A stretch of 64,000 bases of DNA from Pseudomonadota bacterium (GTDB lineage Bacteria; Bdellovibrionota; Bdellovibrionia; Bdellovibrionales; Bdellovibrionaceae): NCBI GenBank assembly GCA_041178425.1, contig JBEGVH010000014.1:1-64000 (forward strand). Direction: 5' to 3'. Below the pieces are notes generated by a model. It searched no databases. It saw only the letters and a program-made list of their open reading frames with translations, and had not been told where the DNA came from. The stretch's first letter is position 1. Every line of letters starts with the position of its first letter. This document shows, piece by piece, positions 39,320 to 48,561 of the stretch. A program made the position numbers and the translations under genes.

Positions 39320-40008
39320 TGAAAAAAACACTGGCCCTTTTAATTCCAGTTTTTCTCATTCTGGGTTTCTACCTTTTTGAAACCCAGAACAAACATTCCG
39401 CTTCGACAGAGGGAGATAATAAACTCTCTCCGCAAGCGAGTCTTCAAGAGGAACCTGCTGAAACTTCAGACCAACAAGACACCATGCAAGCAGACTCCGA
39501 CTTGGAGTGGAATGAGCATATTGAAAAACTCACTGGGCAAATTGGATCCCTTACTCCTTCACCAGAGGCCATCGACGAAGAAGTCTCTTCTTTTGCGAAT
39601 CGTTTAAAAGCCACTCAACTCTCATTGCTTTATAAAACCGTGATTTCAAAATACAAAAGTGGCGACGAAAAACTCCTTGCCGCTGAACTTCTGGCACGAT
39701 CACCACTCCCGGATTCTATTGAACATCTTAAAAACATTATTACCACCGCACCCGAATCGATCAGCGGTAGTGCGGCTCTTCAAGAGGAATTCCGCGCGAT
39801 TCAACTCCTTGCTATTGAGGGAATAACACAGAAGCCTTTGCTCCGAAATGAATCTGTTAAAGCTCTGCAGTCACTGCTTCCAGCCGTCGATAATTCATTT
39901 ATGCACGATAGAATCGCCAGAGGTCTAAGCGCTCTCCAAGGAAAAGCTCCCGCACTCGAGGATCAAGATCGCGAGGCTCTCCAAAAACTTCTTAAAATTC
40001 ACCGCTAG
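39319..40008 (+). CDS. Hypothetical helical protein with N-terminal membrane anchor
   Basis: TAATG coupling to the upstream gene; N-terminal TM then acidic linker. Confidence 0.7.
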   Translation: MKKTLALLIPVFLILGFYLFETQNKHSASTEGDNKLSPQASLQEEPAETSDQQDTMQADSDLEWNEHIEKLTGQIGSLTPSPEAIDEEVSSFANRLKATQLSLLYKTVISKYKSGDEKLLAAELLARSPLPDSIEHLKNIITTAPESISGSAALQEEFRAIQLLAIEGITQKPLLRNESVKALQSLLPAVDNSFMHDRIARGLSALQGKAPALEDQDREALQKLLKIHR

Positions 40009-40025
40009 CGAGAATCAAATGCTTT

Positions 40026-40610
40026 TTACTTGGTGTTTCTCTTCAACATGAGATGACGGGCATCCAACTTTTCTGAATGCAAAGCACGACAAAAAGCTTG
40101 AAAGCCGAGAACTTGTGATTTCAATAAATCGCTCGCTACTTTATCAGTCAATTCTCCTTGGGCCGTTAGATGCTTCCAAACATTGATAAGAAAAACTCGA
40201 TCTGGAAAAATGAAAGAATTTCGATAGCCAAAAACTTGTTGAAGATGCTCAACAGGTCTTAAACCACCAAACATTCCTCCGAGCCCCACAAAACAAACAG
40301 GACGATGCTCAAAGGAATCTGGGTAACTCCAAAAATCGATAAAATACTTCAGCGCCCCAGGCATAGAACCATTGTACTCAGGCACTACAACAATCAGACC
40401 TTCTGATTCATTGATTTTCTTGATCCAGTGAGCCACTGATTCAGGAAGAGTTTTTCCGTAAAATTCGCCTTTTAGTTCGTGCAGAGGAAGATCCTTCAGA
40501 TCAAGAATTTCAACCTCCTCATTTTGCTCCTTATACATCGACTGAATAACATCAGCAATTTTTCGGCTGTTTGAGTTTGGTCTATTCGTACCAACAAGAA
40601 TGTATTTCAT
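40026..40610 (-). CDS. NAD(P)H-dependent FMN reductase
   Basis: GTNRPNSNS, PEYNGSMPGALK, GGLRPVEHL. Confidence 0.92.
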   Translation of the reverse strand: MKYILVGTNRPNSNSRKIADVIQSMYKEQNEEVEILDLKDLPLHELKGEFYGKTLPESVAHWIKKINESEGLIVVVPEYNGSMPGALKYFIDFWSYPDSFEHRPVCFVGLGGMFGGLRPVEHLQQVFGYRNSFIFPDRVFLINVWKHLTAQGELTDKVASDLLKSQVLGFQAFCRALHSEKLDARHLMLKRNTK

Positions 40611-40705
40611 ATTTTTTACCTCGTTAAAAAACGCTTATCTCTTAAAAAAGAAAAAGACAAGCCCCTCATCGGGCGCCCATCCCCCAGCCTACTGCTGACA
40701 ATTTT

Positions 40706-41857
40706 TTAGGTTTTTAATACCTCAACATAGTGCTGTAGTAGTTTTTCCGTGGTCGATTTCCAATGAAATTGCTGACAATGACGTTTTCCATCTTCAATGC
40801 GAATCGCTCGATCGGAGGATGTCATGTGAGCGATCTTCAAGAGAGCATGAGCCATAGCTTCTTCATTATAGGGATCAACATAAATAGCGCCGGGCCCTCC
40901 CGCCTCTGGAAAACAACTCCCCTCGCTGGTCATTACGAGAGTCTCACTCATCATCGCCTCGACGATCGGTAACCCAAAGCCTTCAAAAAGCGAAGGATAA
41001 GTAACGGCACTCGCCTGTTCATAGAGCCTTGGCAAATCTTGGGAACTAACTCCTGCCATTATTTTCACTTGATCCTTAACCCCTAACGAGACCACCAAGT
41101 CTTCGATAGTTTTTTGCAGACCGCCTCTTCCCACTAAAACTAGCTGATGACCAGTTTCCTTAAATGTCTGAGCAAAAGTACGAACAAGACGAAGGATATT
41201 TTTTCGTTCTTCAAAAGCACCCACAAAAAGAAAATAAGGTGACGCTATCAAACGTTCTTGAACTTCCGCCGCATGCAATCTTTCACTTTTATAAAAGCGA
41301 GGGTGCACTGCCTGGTAGAGTATCTTAATTTTTTTCTCTGGAACTCCTACAAACTCTATCAAATCTTTTTTACTTTGCTCTGAGATAACCAAAACGGAGT
41401 CAGCCACCGAACAAGCATGTTTTACCTTTTTTAAATAAACAATCCGATCCCACCACGGATATAACTCTGGATACCGAATAAAAATCACATCGTGTATCGT
41501 TACCACCGTTTTTGTTTTTGAACGGCCTACAGACACATTCCATGGAAGATCATGGCTCAGACCATGATAAAGATCGAGATCAAGAGCGGGCCAGTCCCAA
41601 ACTTGTCCTACCCCCCGCCAAAATTCAGGAATCAATTTTTGTACGCCATGAGGTTCGATTCTACGAGCGAATTGCGGAGGCCAAGATTCGTATTCCGGTA
41701 ACGCCACCTTGGGTGTAAACAATGAAAGTTCAACGGCGTCGTTAGACCAATATAAAAGCCCTTCAATTAAAAGCCTTGAGTAGTTTCCCAGCCCACGAAA
41801 ATTACAGAAGGCTCTTTTAGCATCTAAACCAAGATGAATTTTTTGCGACCCCTTCAA
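40706..41857 (-). CDS. Glycosyltransferase family 4
   Basis: TIHD, FVGAFEERKN, YPSLFEGFGLPIVEAM. Confidence 0.93.
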   Translation of the reverse strand: MKGSQKIHLGLDAKRAFCNFRGLGNYSRLLIEGLLYWSNDAVELSLFTPKVALPEYESWPPQFARRIEPHGVQKLIPEFWRGVGQVWDWPALDLDLYHGLSHDLPWNVSVGRSKTKTVVTIHDVIFIRYPELYPWWDRIVYLKKVKHACSVADSVLVISEQSKKDLIEFVGVPEKKIKILYQAVHPRFYKSERLHAAEVQERLIASPYFLFVGAFEERKNILRLVRTFAQTFKETGHQLVLVGRGGLQKTIEDLVVSLGVKDQVKIMAGVSSQDLPRLYEQASAVTYPSLFEGFGLPIVEAMMSETLVMTSEGSCFPEAGGPGAIYVDPYNEEAMAHALLKIAHMTSSDRAIRIEDGKRHCQQFHWKSTTEKLLQHYVEVLKT

Positions 41858-42029
41858 AGCATTTCCTTTTCTTACTATGGGTAAACTCTCTCACCAAACT
41901 TTAGTCTTATCCTGTCTCAAATCGCGACGAGATACAATAGGCGTCAATTAGCTGCAGGGATATCGATATTTAATGAAAAAAGCAGAAATCACTCATGTTT
42001 TTGGTAAAAAATGCCGCAAACTAAAAAGA

Positions 42030-42749
42030 ATGAATGAAAAACGCTGGTTTATCCTCAGAAACGAGCAAGTCTTAGGCCCTTTAAGTGCCAAGGACCTACT
42101 CCGCGATCTCGAGGGCAAAAACAACGAGACCATCCGTCTATGGGCAAAAGGCAAAGCGAATTGGCAGCCTTTCAGCGAACTTGTTGATGAGCTGAAAAAC
42201 GAAAGCACTAACAATGTGCTAGTTCTAAAGACCGACGATCGATGGTGGCTAAAGGAGAACGGTATCGAAGCGGGCCCGATGCCCTTTGAACAGTTGATTC
42301 ATCACCTAAAAAAAACAACTAATTTAGAGAAGATTAAAGTCGCCAATTATGCAAAGAGGCAATGGGATGACGTCTTTGCGATTCCAGCGATCTTAGAGAA
42401 ACTAGGCATCAATCGTCGAGCGGTGCCACGCGTTCCCATCGAAGGCACCGCCACAATTTCCGAAGGCCCCCTAAAAGGACAACACGGCCTTCTCGCCTCC
42501 ATCAGCCAAGGGGGATTCGGAATTAAGAACATCGAGGGACTAAGTATTGGAGAATCTATCAAGGGCACGCTCAATTGCCCTGCTCTGGGCAATTCCGTTC
42601 ATTTTCAAGCAGAGGTCGTTTTTATAAATAAAAACAGTGTTGGCGCTAAATTTCTCAATTTATCTACAGAAGGCCTCTCGCAAATAATCTTTTACGTGAA
42701 CCAATTTATAAGTAAACATCCTGATATCGACTTTCGAAAAATTGGTTAA
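42030..42749 (+). CDS. Tandem GYF-like (DUF4339) plus PilZ domain protein
   Basis: WF...LGP and WW...AGPM repeats; PilZ RRAVPR and SISQGG. Confidence 0.8.
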   Translation: MNEKRWFILRNEQVLGPLSAKDLLRDLEGKNNETIRLWAKGKANWQPFSELVDELKNESTNNVLVLKTDDRWWLKENGIEAGPMPFEQLIHHLKKTTNLEKIKVANYAKRQWDDVFAIPAILEKLGINRRAVPRVPIEGTATISEGPLKGQHGLLASISQGGFGIKNIEGLSIGESIKGTLNCPALGNSVHFQAEVVFINKNSVGAKFLNLSTEGLSQIIFYVNQFISKHPDIDFRKIG

Positions 42750-42770
42750 ATCTAGAATTGAGGAGCCACC

Positions 42771-43163
42771 ATGTCGGCAATTTATGAATTCATTATTAAA
42801 GAATCCCACCTGGATACCTTTGGACATGTCAACAACGCCACCTACCTTACTCTCTTTGAAGAAGCTCGATGGGAACTCATAAGTCAAAGAGGTTACGGCC
42901 TTGACTATATTAAATTAACAGGACTAGGTCCCGTCATTCTAGAAATTCAAATTCGTTTTCAAAAAGAACTTCTTCTGCGCCAAAAAATTAAAGTTGAGAC
43001 GACCCTACTAAACTATGAAGGAAAGATTGGCAAACTTCGTCAAACAATGATTAACGAAAAGGGCGAGACTTGCTGTTCGGCGGAGCTCACCTTCGGCCTC
43101 TTTGATACAAAGTTGCGAAAACTCGTGGCCCCAACAGCAGAATGGCGACGCGCCATCGAATAA
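42771..43163 (+). CDS. Thioesterase (4HBT/YbgC family)
   Basis: HLDTFGHVNNATYL..FEEARW. Confidence 0.92.
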   Translation: MSAIYEFIIKESHLDTFGHVNNATYLTLFEEARWELISQRGYGLDYIKLTGLGPVILEIQIRFQKELLLRQKIKVETTLLNYEGKIGKLRQTMINEKGETCCSAELTFGLFDTKLRKLVAPTAEWRRAIE

Positions 43164-43277
43164 ATAAAATCACCCATTTTTGTCACCCCAAAGATACAAG
43201 TTTCGCTCAGACCCTTTCATTTGTCTCAAAGTGAATCACTTTTTGTATCAACTTGATTCACCTCTCTAGATCGGTGA

Positions 43278-43293
43278 CGGTCTGTCTTTTGCT
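43278..43293 (+). promoter_or_regulatory. Possible sigma-54 promoter
   Basis: CGGTCTGTCTTTTGCT (GG-N10-GC) upstream of the lipoprotein gene. Confidence 0.45.
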
Positions 43294-43327
43294 CCTTTGA
43301 TTGATGAGCGACCACCGGGAGGTCACC

Positions 43328-44083
43328 ATGAATCTAGAAACTTTAATACAAAAGACGGCTCAGACATTCTTATTTCTTGGCTTAAGCTGGGTGATCACAG
43401 CCTGTGGAAAGCAGGTTCCCACCAATGTAGTTGGTCAGAGCGAAAATGCCAGCCGACTCCCCGTCGTGACCAATACTCCCAATCCTCCCAAAGATATCGC
43501 CTTTTGCAATAAAAAGACTACAGATGATCTAACGGCCCAGCTGAGTGTGTACTACGACCGCACCAAAACCTATCATCCTGAGTTCGTGAGAGTTTGGATT
43601 CCTGAGATGGATGAATCCTATTCAGGTTCGGCCTATCAATTTGTTTTTCGTAAATGGAAGGCTAGTCTTCAAGGTGAAACCTATCAAGAAGCTACTCCTC
43701 TCAAGGTTCGAGTTGAGAGAATAAACGATAAAGAACCAGTTTCAACTTATATGGACACTCTTCATTGGAACACAGCTGCGGCTGAAATAAAAAAATACAC
43801 TAACTCAAACCTAGAAATGAAGGATGCACTTAAACTATATAGTTTTGTGATTGACCTCAAAGATCCCACTGCTTCTTTTGATGTTCTAAAGATGTCTCTT
43901 TACAAAGACGGCAACCATATCAAAGATTGGAATATTCTAATTCCCGCCTTTTATGCCCATCCATTAACTTATGCAAACTCTCAAAATCCAGTATTGGCAA
44001 CACTGCACCCATTTGCAGGAGCCGAGAGTTCCTCCTTTGGCGGTGAGCACTTTGCCTCAGTACTTAATGGATATTGCTTTTAA
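43328..44083 (+). CDS. Hypothetical lipoprotein
   Basis: GGAGG RBS, lipobox ITAC. Confidence 0.78.
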   Translation: MNLETLIQKTAQTFLFLGLSWVITACGKQVPTNVVGQSENASRLPVVTNTPNPPKDIAFCNKKTTDDLTAQLSVYYDRTKTYHPEFVRVWIPEMDESYSGSAYQFVFRKWKASLQGETYQEATPLKVRVERINDKEPVSTYMDTLHWNTAAAEIKKYTNSNLEMKDALKLYSFVIDLKDPTASFDVLKMSLYKDGNHIKDWNILIPAFYAHPLTYANSQNPVLATLHPFAGAESSSFGGEHFASVLNGYCF

Positions 44084-44089
44084 GAATAT

Positions 44090-44959
44090 CTAGTGGCTGC
44101 TTTCCTGAACGACTTCTTCAGCCTGCAGATTCTCTCCATTACGGTAGCGCTCTAGGAGAGATTCATCGGTTGTCGGAAACGAAAACAAAAGGGAATGAAC
44201 TGTCGCCACTTGCCCGTCTTCTTGGGTTACAACAACGTAATGAACATCGGGATAGCCTTGAAAATCATTGAACTCTTTAATAAAGGTCACTAAGCGATTT
44301 CCTTGAAAATCTGAGCTTCTCCAGATTTCATCGGGAGATTCGATCGTCTCTTCGCGAAGCTCAGCGAAATCCCTGAACTTTTCGAGCGGAATATCTTTTT
44401 CGGAACGCACCTTTAACATTGCTGAAAACAAACCAAGAGAAAGCCCATCGCCCTCGGTGAGCCCGTCACCCTCAATCAATGCAGGCTCGAATTCGGTCAT
44501 ACTGCGATCAAAAACTATCTGGCCGCGTCGAAAATGATCGGAGAGTTCCATGGACCTGGTTGGAAAATGGAGAAAGATAAAAGTGGGATCCTCGTCTTGG
44601 AGGTAAGTCGAAGCAATATAATACACCGTATGATCTTCTGCTTCGAACATTCTGTGAAAGTGATAAATAGGGTACTGTTTGCTCACTGAATTATCGAGCC
44701 AAATTTGATCTGGCTCTTCCAGTGTCAGTTCCAAAAGATCGCGCATCAATGCTGAATCAGAATCTGAAAAATCACTCTTTTTTCGCAACGACTTATACTC
44801 TTTTTCGAGATGATCGATAGATGGTCTAAAATGCTCAAAAAGGCTTTCTTCAGAATCAAAAACCCAATTCTTCTCCTCGTCAATTACGATCTTTTCAGAG
44901 TTTGACTTTGAGGTGGGCTTTTTTGAATTACGATTCATTAATTTTTTGTTTTTACTCAT
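44090..44959 (-). CDS. Acidic protein with two repeats of a PBECR2-like nuclease-fold domain
   Basis: Internal duplication TLEEPDQIW...FPTR...FRRG and TIESPDEIW...FPTT...YRNG. Confidence 0.6.
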   Translation of the reverse strand: MSKNKKLMNRNSKKPTSKSNSEKIVIDEEKNWVFDSEESLFEHFRPSIDHLEKEYKSLRKKSDFSDSDSALMRDLLELTLEEPDQIWLDNSVSKQYPIYHFHRMFEAEDHTVYYIASTYLQDEDPTFIFLHFPTRSMELSDHFRRGQIVFDRSMTEFEPALIEGDGLTEGDGLSLGLFSAMLKVRSEKDIPLEKFRDFAELREETIESPDEIWRSSDFQGNRLVTFIKEFNDFQGYPDVHYVVVTQEDGQVATVHSLLFSFPTTDESLLERYRNGENLQAEEVVQESSH

Positions 44960-45034
44960 CTATTAATTTCATCGCATCAATAGCATGTCACGTCAAGGTT
45001 GATAAAAATTTGATTGCAACAAGAATTCTTTTTC

Positions 45035-45403
45035 ATGACGATAAAACCAGAACGCCAAAGTCACTTCCATCGCAAGGAGGCGGTCGTGGAAAAAATTGAA
45101 GAAAAAAGCTTAATGCAAATGGAAGCTCTTCTTCATCACTCTGCTCGCGGAGTTCATATTTTGTTTGATAATCAAACAATTGCTAGAATTCTACGCGCTC
45201 CAACTGATCAAAAAGTCTTTCTTGATGTCGAAAAAATCAAGTTGGTTCAGGATATACTCACAAAGCTTATTACCAAGCGAAGTTATAATGAAAAACTGGC
45301 ATTTCTCGATGAGCTCGATCCAAATAGCATGGAAATGCTCGTTCGAACCTACTTTCATATTGTCGAGAATACGATTCGCGCAAGCACCCAACAATACCAT
45401 TAG
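45035..45403 (+). CDS. Hypothetical protein
   Basis: Fills the gap with a helical-looking sequence; start uncertain. Confidence 0.65.
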   Translation: MTIKPERQSHFHRKEAVVEKIEEKSLMQMEALLHHSARGVHILFDNQTIARILRAPTDQKVFLDVEKIKLVQDILTKLITKRSYNEKLAFLDELDPNSMEMLVRTYFHIVENTIRASTQQYH

Positions 45404-45470
45404 TCTGGGTAGGCTTAGGCCCTAGAAAAACTCGACTCTTGGCCCACTGACGACTCACCGATATCAAAAA

Positions 45471-45761
45471 ATGATTCGGTGGCTTCTTCTCCTACTTCTA
45501 AACTCCCAATCAGTTTACGCTGAGTACCGGGTCTTCATGATTCGAATGACTGGCCCAGACAACAAACTCATTAAAGAATTTCCTAGTACTCTCGATCCAC
45601 TACAGTACCGCTATTATTTCCACGTCCCTCAGACGGTTGAATTAAGCTACGTTTTAACATGGCTCTGCCCTGGCAACACAAGCTGGTTAAAGCCCCACTG
45701 TGCGGTACCGCCTCAAGAACCAATGGCTCCACCCACAAACCAACAACCCCCTTCTCCATGA
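45471..45761 (+). CDS. Small secreted hypothetical protein
   Basis: Signal peptide ending VYA, STLDPLQY, WLCPGNT, Pro-rich tail. Confidence 0.7.
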   Translation: MIRWLLLLLLNSQSVYAEYRVFMIRMTGPDNKLIKEFPSTLDPLQYRYYFHVPQTVELSYVLTWLCPGNTSWLKPHCAVPPQEPMAPPTNQQPPSP

Positions 45762-45853
45762 CAATCTCTAATTTGCGCTGTTTTTAACCTCGACTCTGGA
45801 CTAGCTGACACCCCCTGATTGTCAGAAGAATAAAATGCACCTACCATAGAGGT

Positions 45854-47107
45854 ATGGAAAGCGGCAAAATTCGAGAAAAACAAAACTACGACTTAAACCA
45901 GATTAACCAAGATTACCAAAAGCGAAAAACTCGCCTGATCGATCAGCGCGAAGCCGAAATTGAAAGCATTAGACGTCAATACGATAAAGAAGAAAAAGTA
46001 ACAAAAGAACAAACCGAAGCGGCCGTTAATCACATCCGCGCTCGAGCAAAAAATAGTGTTGAAGGCGAAAAACGTAACACTCAAAAAGAAATCGAAGGAA
46101 CACGGGAAATCCTTTTAACAGAAAAACAAGTTTATGATAAAAACCTAACAAAACAACGCCAGTCGCAACAAGACACTCTTCAAAAGCTGCAAACTAATTA
46201 TAACAAGCAGCGCCTAGATACGATCCACGAAGCCGAAAAAAGCCTTGAGACCATCCACAATAAGCACTCCGAAGCGGCTCACTCCATGGAAGAGAAATTC
46301 TTGGCCCAAGAGAATAAACTGAATGAGGCTAACGAGAGACAAGTAGATAAAATTATCAACCGTGGTCAGGCTCAAGTCGCAAAGCTCAACAAGTCTTACT
46401 CTGAACAATTGGATACTATCCAACAAAAGGCACAGGAAAAATTCCGTGACCTTAAAGAAAAAAATGATAAAGACGTTCTTCGTCTTAAAGATACCCATCA
46501 AAAACAAAGAACCCAAGAAACACACACCCATTCCGAGCTCCTGCAAAACGAAAGAAAATCCTTCAATGAGCAATTTGGCAATATGAAGGAGCAGCAAAGA
46601 GATCAACTTTTGAGCCAGGATAAACGCCATGGCAACATCATGAATCTTCGTATGCAACAAATGGAAAAAAACTTCGATGCGCAAGATCGTGTTCTTAATC
46701 GAGAAGTCGCAAAATTAAAAATGGACTGGGCAGATAAAGCCAATTTCATAAAAGAAAGAATGGACGACCCTTTTTACCAAATGATCGATCGCAAATCGAG
46801 TTTTGAAGAGACTGATGACAGCTATATATTAAAGGCCTTTATTCCTACTCACGACAGAAATGCCATAAAAGTCATTGTTCAACCTGATAAAATCTCTGTT
46901 CAGGGAAACCGCTCCCATAAAGATCGTGCAGAAACAAAAGATCGAAATCTGGCGAGTGAAAAATTCGAGAGCTTCAGAGAAGAGTTCCAATTCTCGAGCC
47001 CTGTGGTAGAAAAAGGTGTTATTCAAGAGCGCGATGGCGATTACGTGACGGTGACGGTTCCCAAGCTCCAAAGAAAAAATAAAATCTCTTTCGATGGCTT
47101 AGCTTAA
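45854..47107 (+). CDS. Long coiled-coil protein with C-terminal Hsp20/alpha-crystallin domain
   Basis: About 300 aa K/E/Q-rich heptads, then FEETDDSYILKAFIP...ISVQG...SFREEF...DGDYVTVTVPK. Confidence 0.75.
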   Translation: MESGKIREKQNYDLNQINQDYQKRKTRLIDQREAEIESIRRQYDKEEKVTKEQTEAAVNHIRARAKNSVEGEKRNTQKEIEGTREILLTEKQVYDKNLTKQRQSQQDTLQKLQTNYNKQRLDTIHEAEKSLETIHNKHSEAAHSMEEKFLAQENKLNEANERQVDKIINRGQAQVAKLNKSYSEQLDTIQQKAQEKFRDLKEKNDKDVLRLKDTHQKQRTQETHTHSELLQNERKSFNEQFGNMKEQQRDQLLSQDKRHGNIMNLRMQQMEKNFDAQDRVLNREVAKLKMDWADKANFIKERMDDPFYQMIDRKSSFEETDDSYILKAFIPTHDRNAIKVIVQPDKISVQGNRSHKDRAETKDRNLASEKFESFREEFQFSSPVVEKGVIQERDGDYVTVTVPKLQRKNKISFDGLA

Positions 47108-47113
47108 AGTCTC

Positions 47114-47341
47114 CTAATAACTAGTGCTCTTCGCCTTCATAACCGAATTAACTTCTCGAATTGAAAATGAAAGACGGCCACAAAGATCTTCGAGCTCTTC
47201 GAGCTTCGCCTCAAGGTCAGCAATTAAATCCGTGGAGCCGCCGGCATCTCGATGAGAGAATATTGACTCTTGCTTATTGCCTGAATTCCAAAGCTCTTGA
47301 TTCTGAACAGAGTCTGCTGGACCTAACATGATCGCCTCCAC
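47114..47341 (-). CDS. Small hypothetical protein
   Basis: 75 aa with an amphipathic C-terminal helix. Confidence 0.5.
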   Translation of the reverse strand: MEAIMLGPADSVQNQELWNSGNKQESIFSHRDAGGSTDLIADLEAKLEELEDLCGRLSFSIREVNSVMKAKSTSY

Positions 47342-47470
47342 ACGAAGTTTTTTTTTCAGATATGCCTTAAGTCTAGGTATGACCCCCGACTATCAACAAC
47401 TTAAATTACCTTACATTTCACACTGGAACCCTTTGGGGGGCCCAAAACTAACTAGCAAAAACTAAAACTT

Positions 47471-48091
47471 CTATTTGTACTCACACGCCATCGAATCTTT
47501 GTCGGCCGTAGAAAGCTCATCCCGCTTGGTTATTGTGGCTAAATAGGTAGCCATTACACTTCCTCCATCGTCATTATGTCGAAGTCCCAACACATGCCCG
47601 AGCTCATGAATGAGCAAACTTTCAAGGTGAACCTCACTGTTTTGCTGCGGAGAATCAGAGTAGAAGCTGAAATCTTTAGCATTAACTTTTAAGTCGGCCT
47701 CGCGAATCTGCTCGCCAATCCAATAAATCGATGTGCGCGCCTGCTCTGTTTTCTTTTCTGACTCCCACGATCTCATCCAGTAAATGACTGAGCGATTATC
47801 TTTGGTGGGCGCATCGTTATCTCTAAAGGACGTATTGATTATAGCGAACAATCGATGCCCGGCTGCTGACTCCCAAACCTGAATCGCTCGATCCAAAGCA
47901 GGCAAATGTTCACGCGGAAAATCAGCGTGAACCAAAAGCGGTATCGGAACTTGGTCTTTCCAAGAGATTCTCTGCCCATACACATTCTGAACAAAGTTGC
48001 AGGGCTCTTCAGCCTTTGGCGCCGGAGCACAGGCAATGAGTCCCAAGATGACCCCAGCTACACCAACTCCTGCCAAGAAATACTTAATCAT
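47471..48091 (-). CDS. Matrixin-family (M10) zinc metalloprotease lipoprotein
   Basis: Lipobox LIAC; HELGHVLGLRH; Met-turn SVM. Confidence 0.9.
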   Translation of the reverse strand: MIKYFLAGVGVAGVILGLIACAPAPKAEEPCNFVQNVYGQRISWKDQVPIPLLVHADFPREHLPALDRAIQVWESAAGHRLFAIINTSFRDNDAPTKDNRSVIYWMRSWESEKKTEQARTSIYWIGEQIREADLKVNAKDFSFYSDSPQQNSEVHLESLLIHELGHVLGLRHNDDGGSVMATYLATITKRDELSTADKDSMACEYK

Positions 48092-48334
48092 GTTGCGCCT
48101 TCCAATTCATTCAATCCAACTTCAATTTAACGTTGCCTATCGTCTCATTTTCAAACATTGGACCAAAATGAGACGGTCAGCAAAATCCTACTAAGTTATT
48201 GTTTTTATTGGATTCTGAACTCTATAATCAATTCTTATGGGCATCGGGACCATGTACAAAATATGAACGCAGGCGACAAAATTCCAAAAATTAGGATGGG
48301 AGGAGCTCAAAGAAGTGGGTGGTGTCAAAAAGTT

Positions 48335-48350
48335 TGGCACTGACCTTGCT
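48335..48350 (+). promoter_or_regulatory. Near-consensus sigma-54 promoter
   Basis: TGGCACTGACCTTGCT; perfect 11-bp inverted repeat at 48141-48175 upstream. Confidence 0.75.
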
Positions 48351-48360
48351 AAAGTCTAGG

Positions 48361-48500
48361 AATACCTATCGAACTCGCTCCGCCCTCGCGGATCTCGATG
48401 AGTTCTACAACCCACCTTAAAACCCGCCTTCTTGGAGGGGACTTCAAAAAAGAAGTTCCTCCTCCTCCTCTGCCGGGGACTCAATAGACACTTTTGAATT
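48361..48500 (+). ncRNA. Candidate sigma-54-dependent small RNA
   Basis: Downstream of the promoter: two hairpins and CU-rich tracts, no RBS-led ORF. Ends are approximate. Confidence 0.4.
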
Positions 48501-48561
48501 CAAACTATAAGAAATTCTTATGTAAAATCGCCGCTTTTAAGACGTTGGATTTCCCTTTTTT

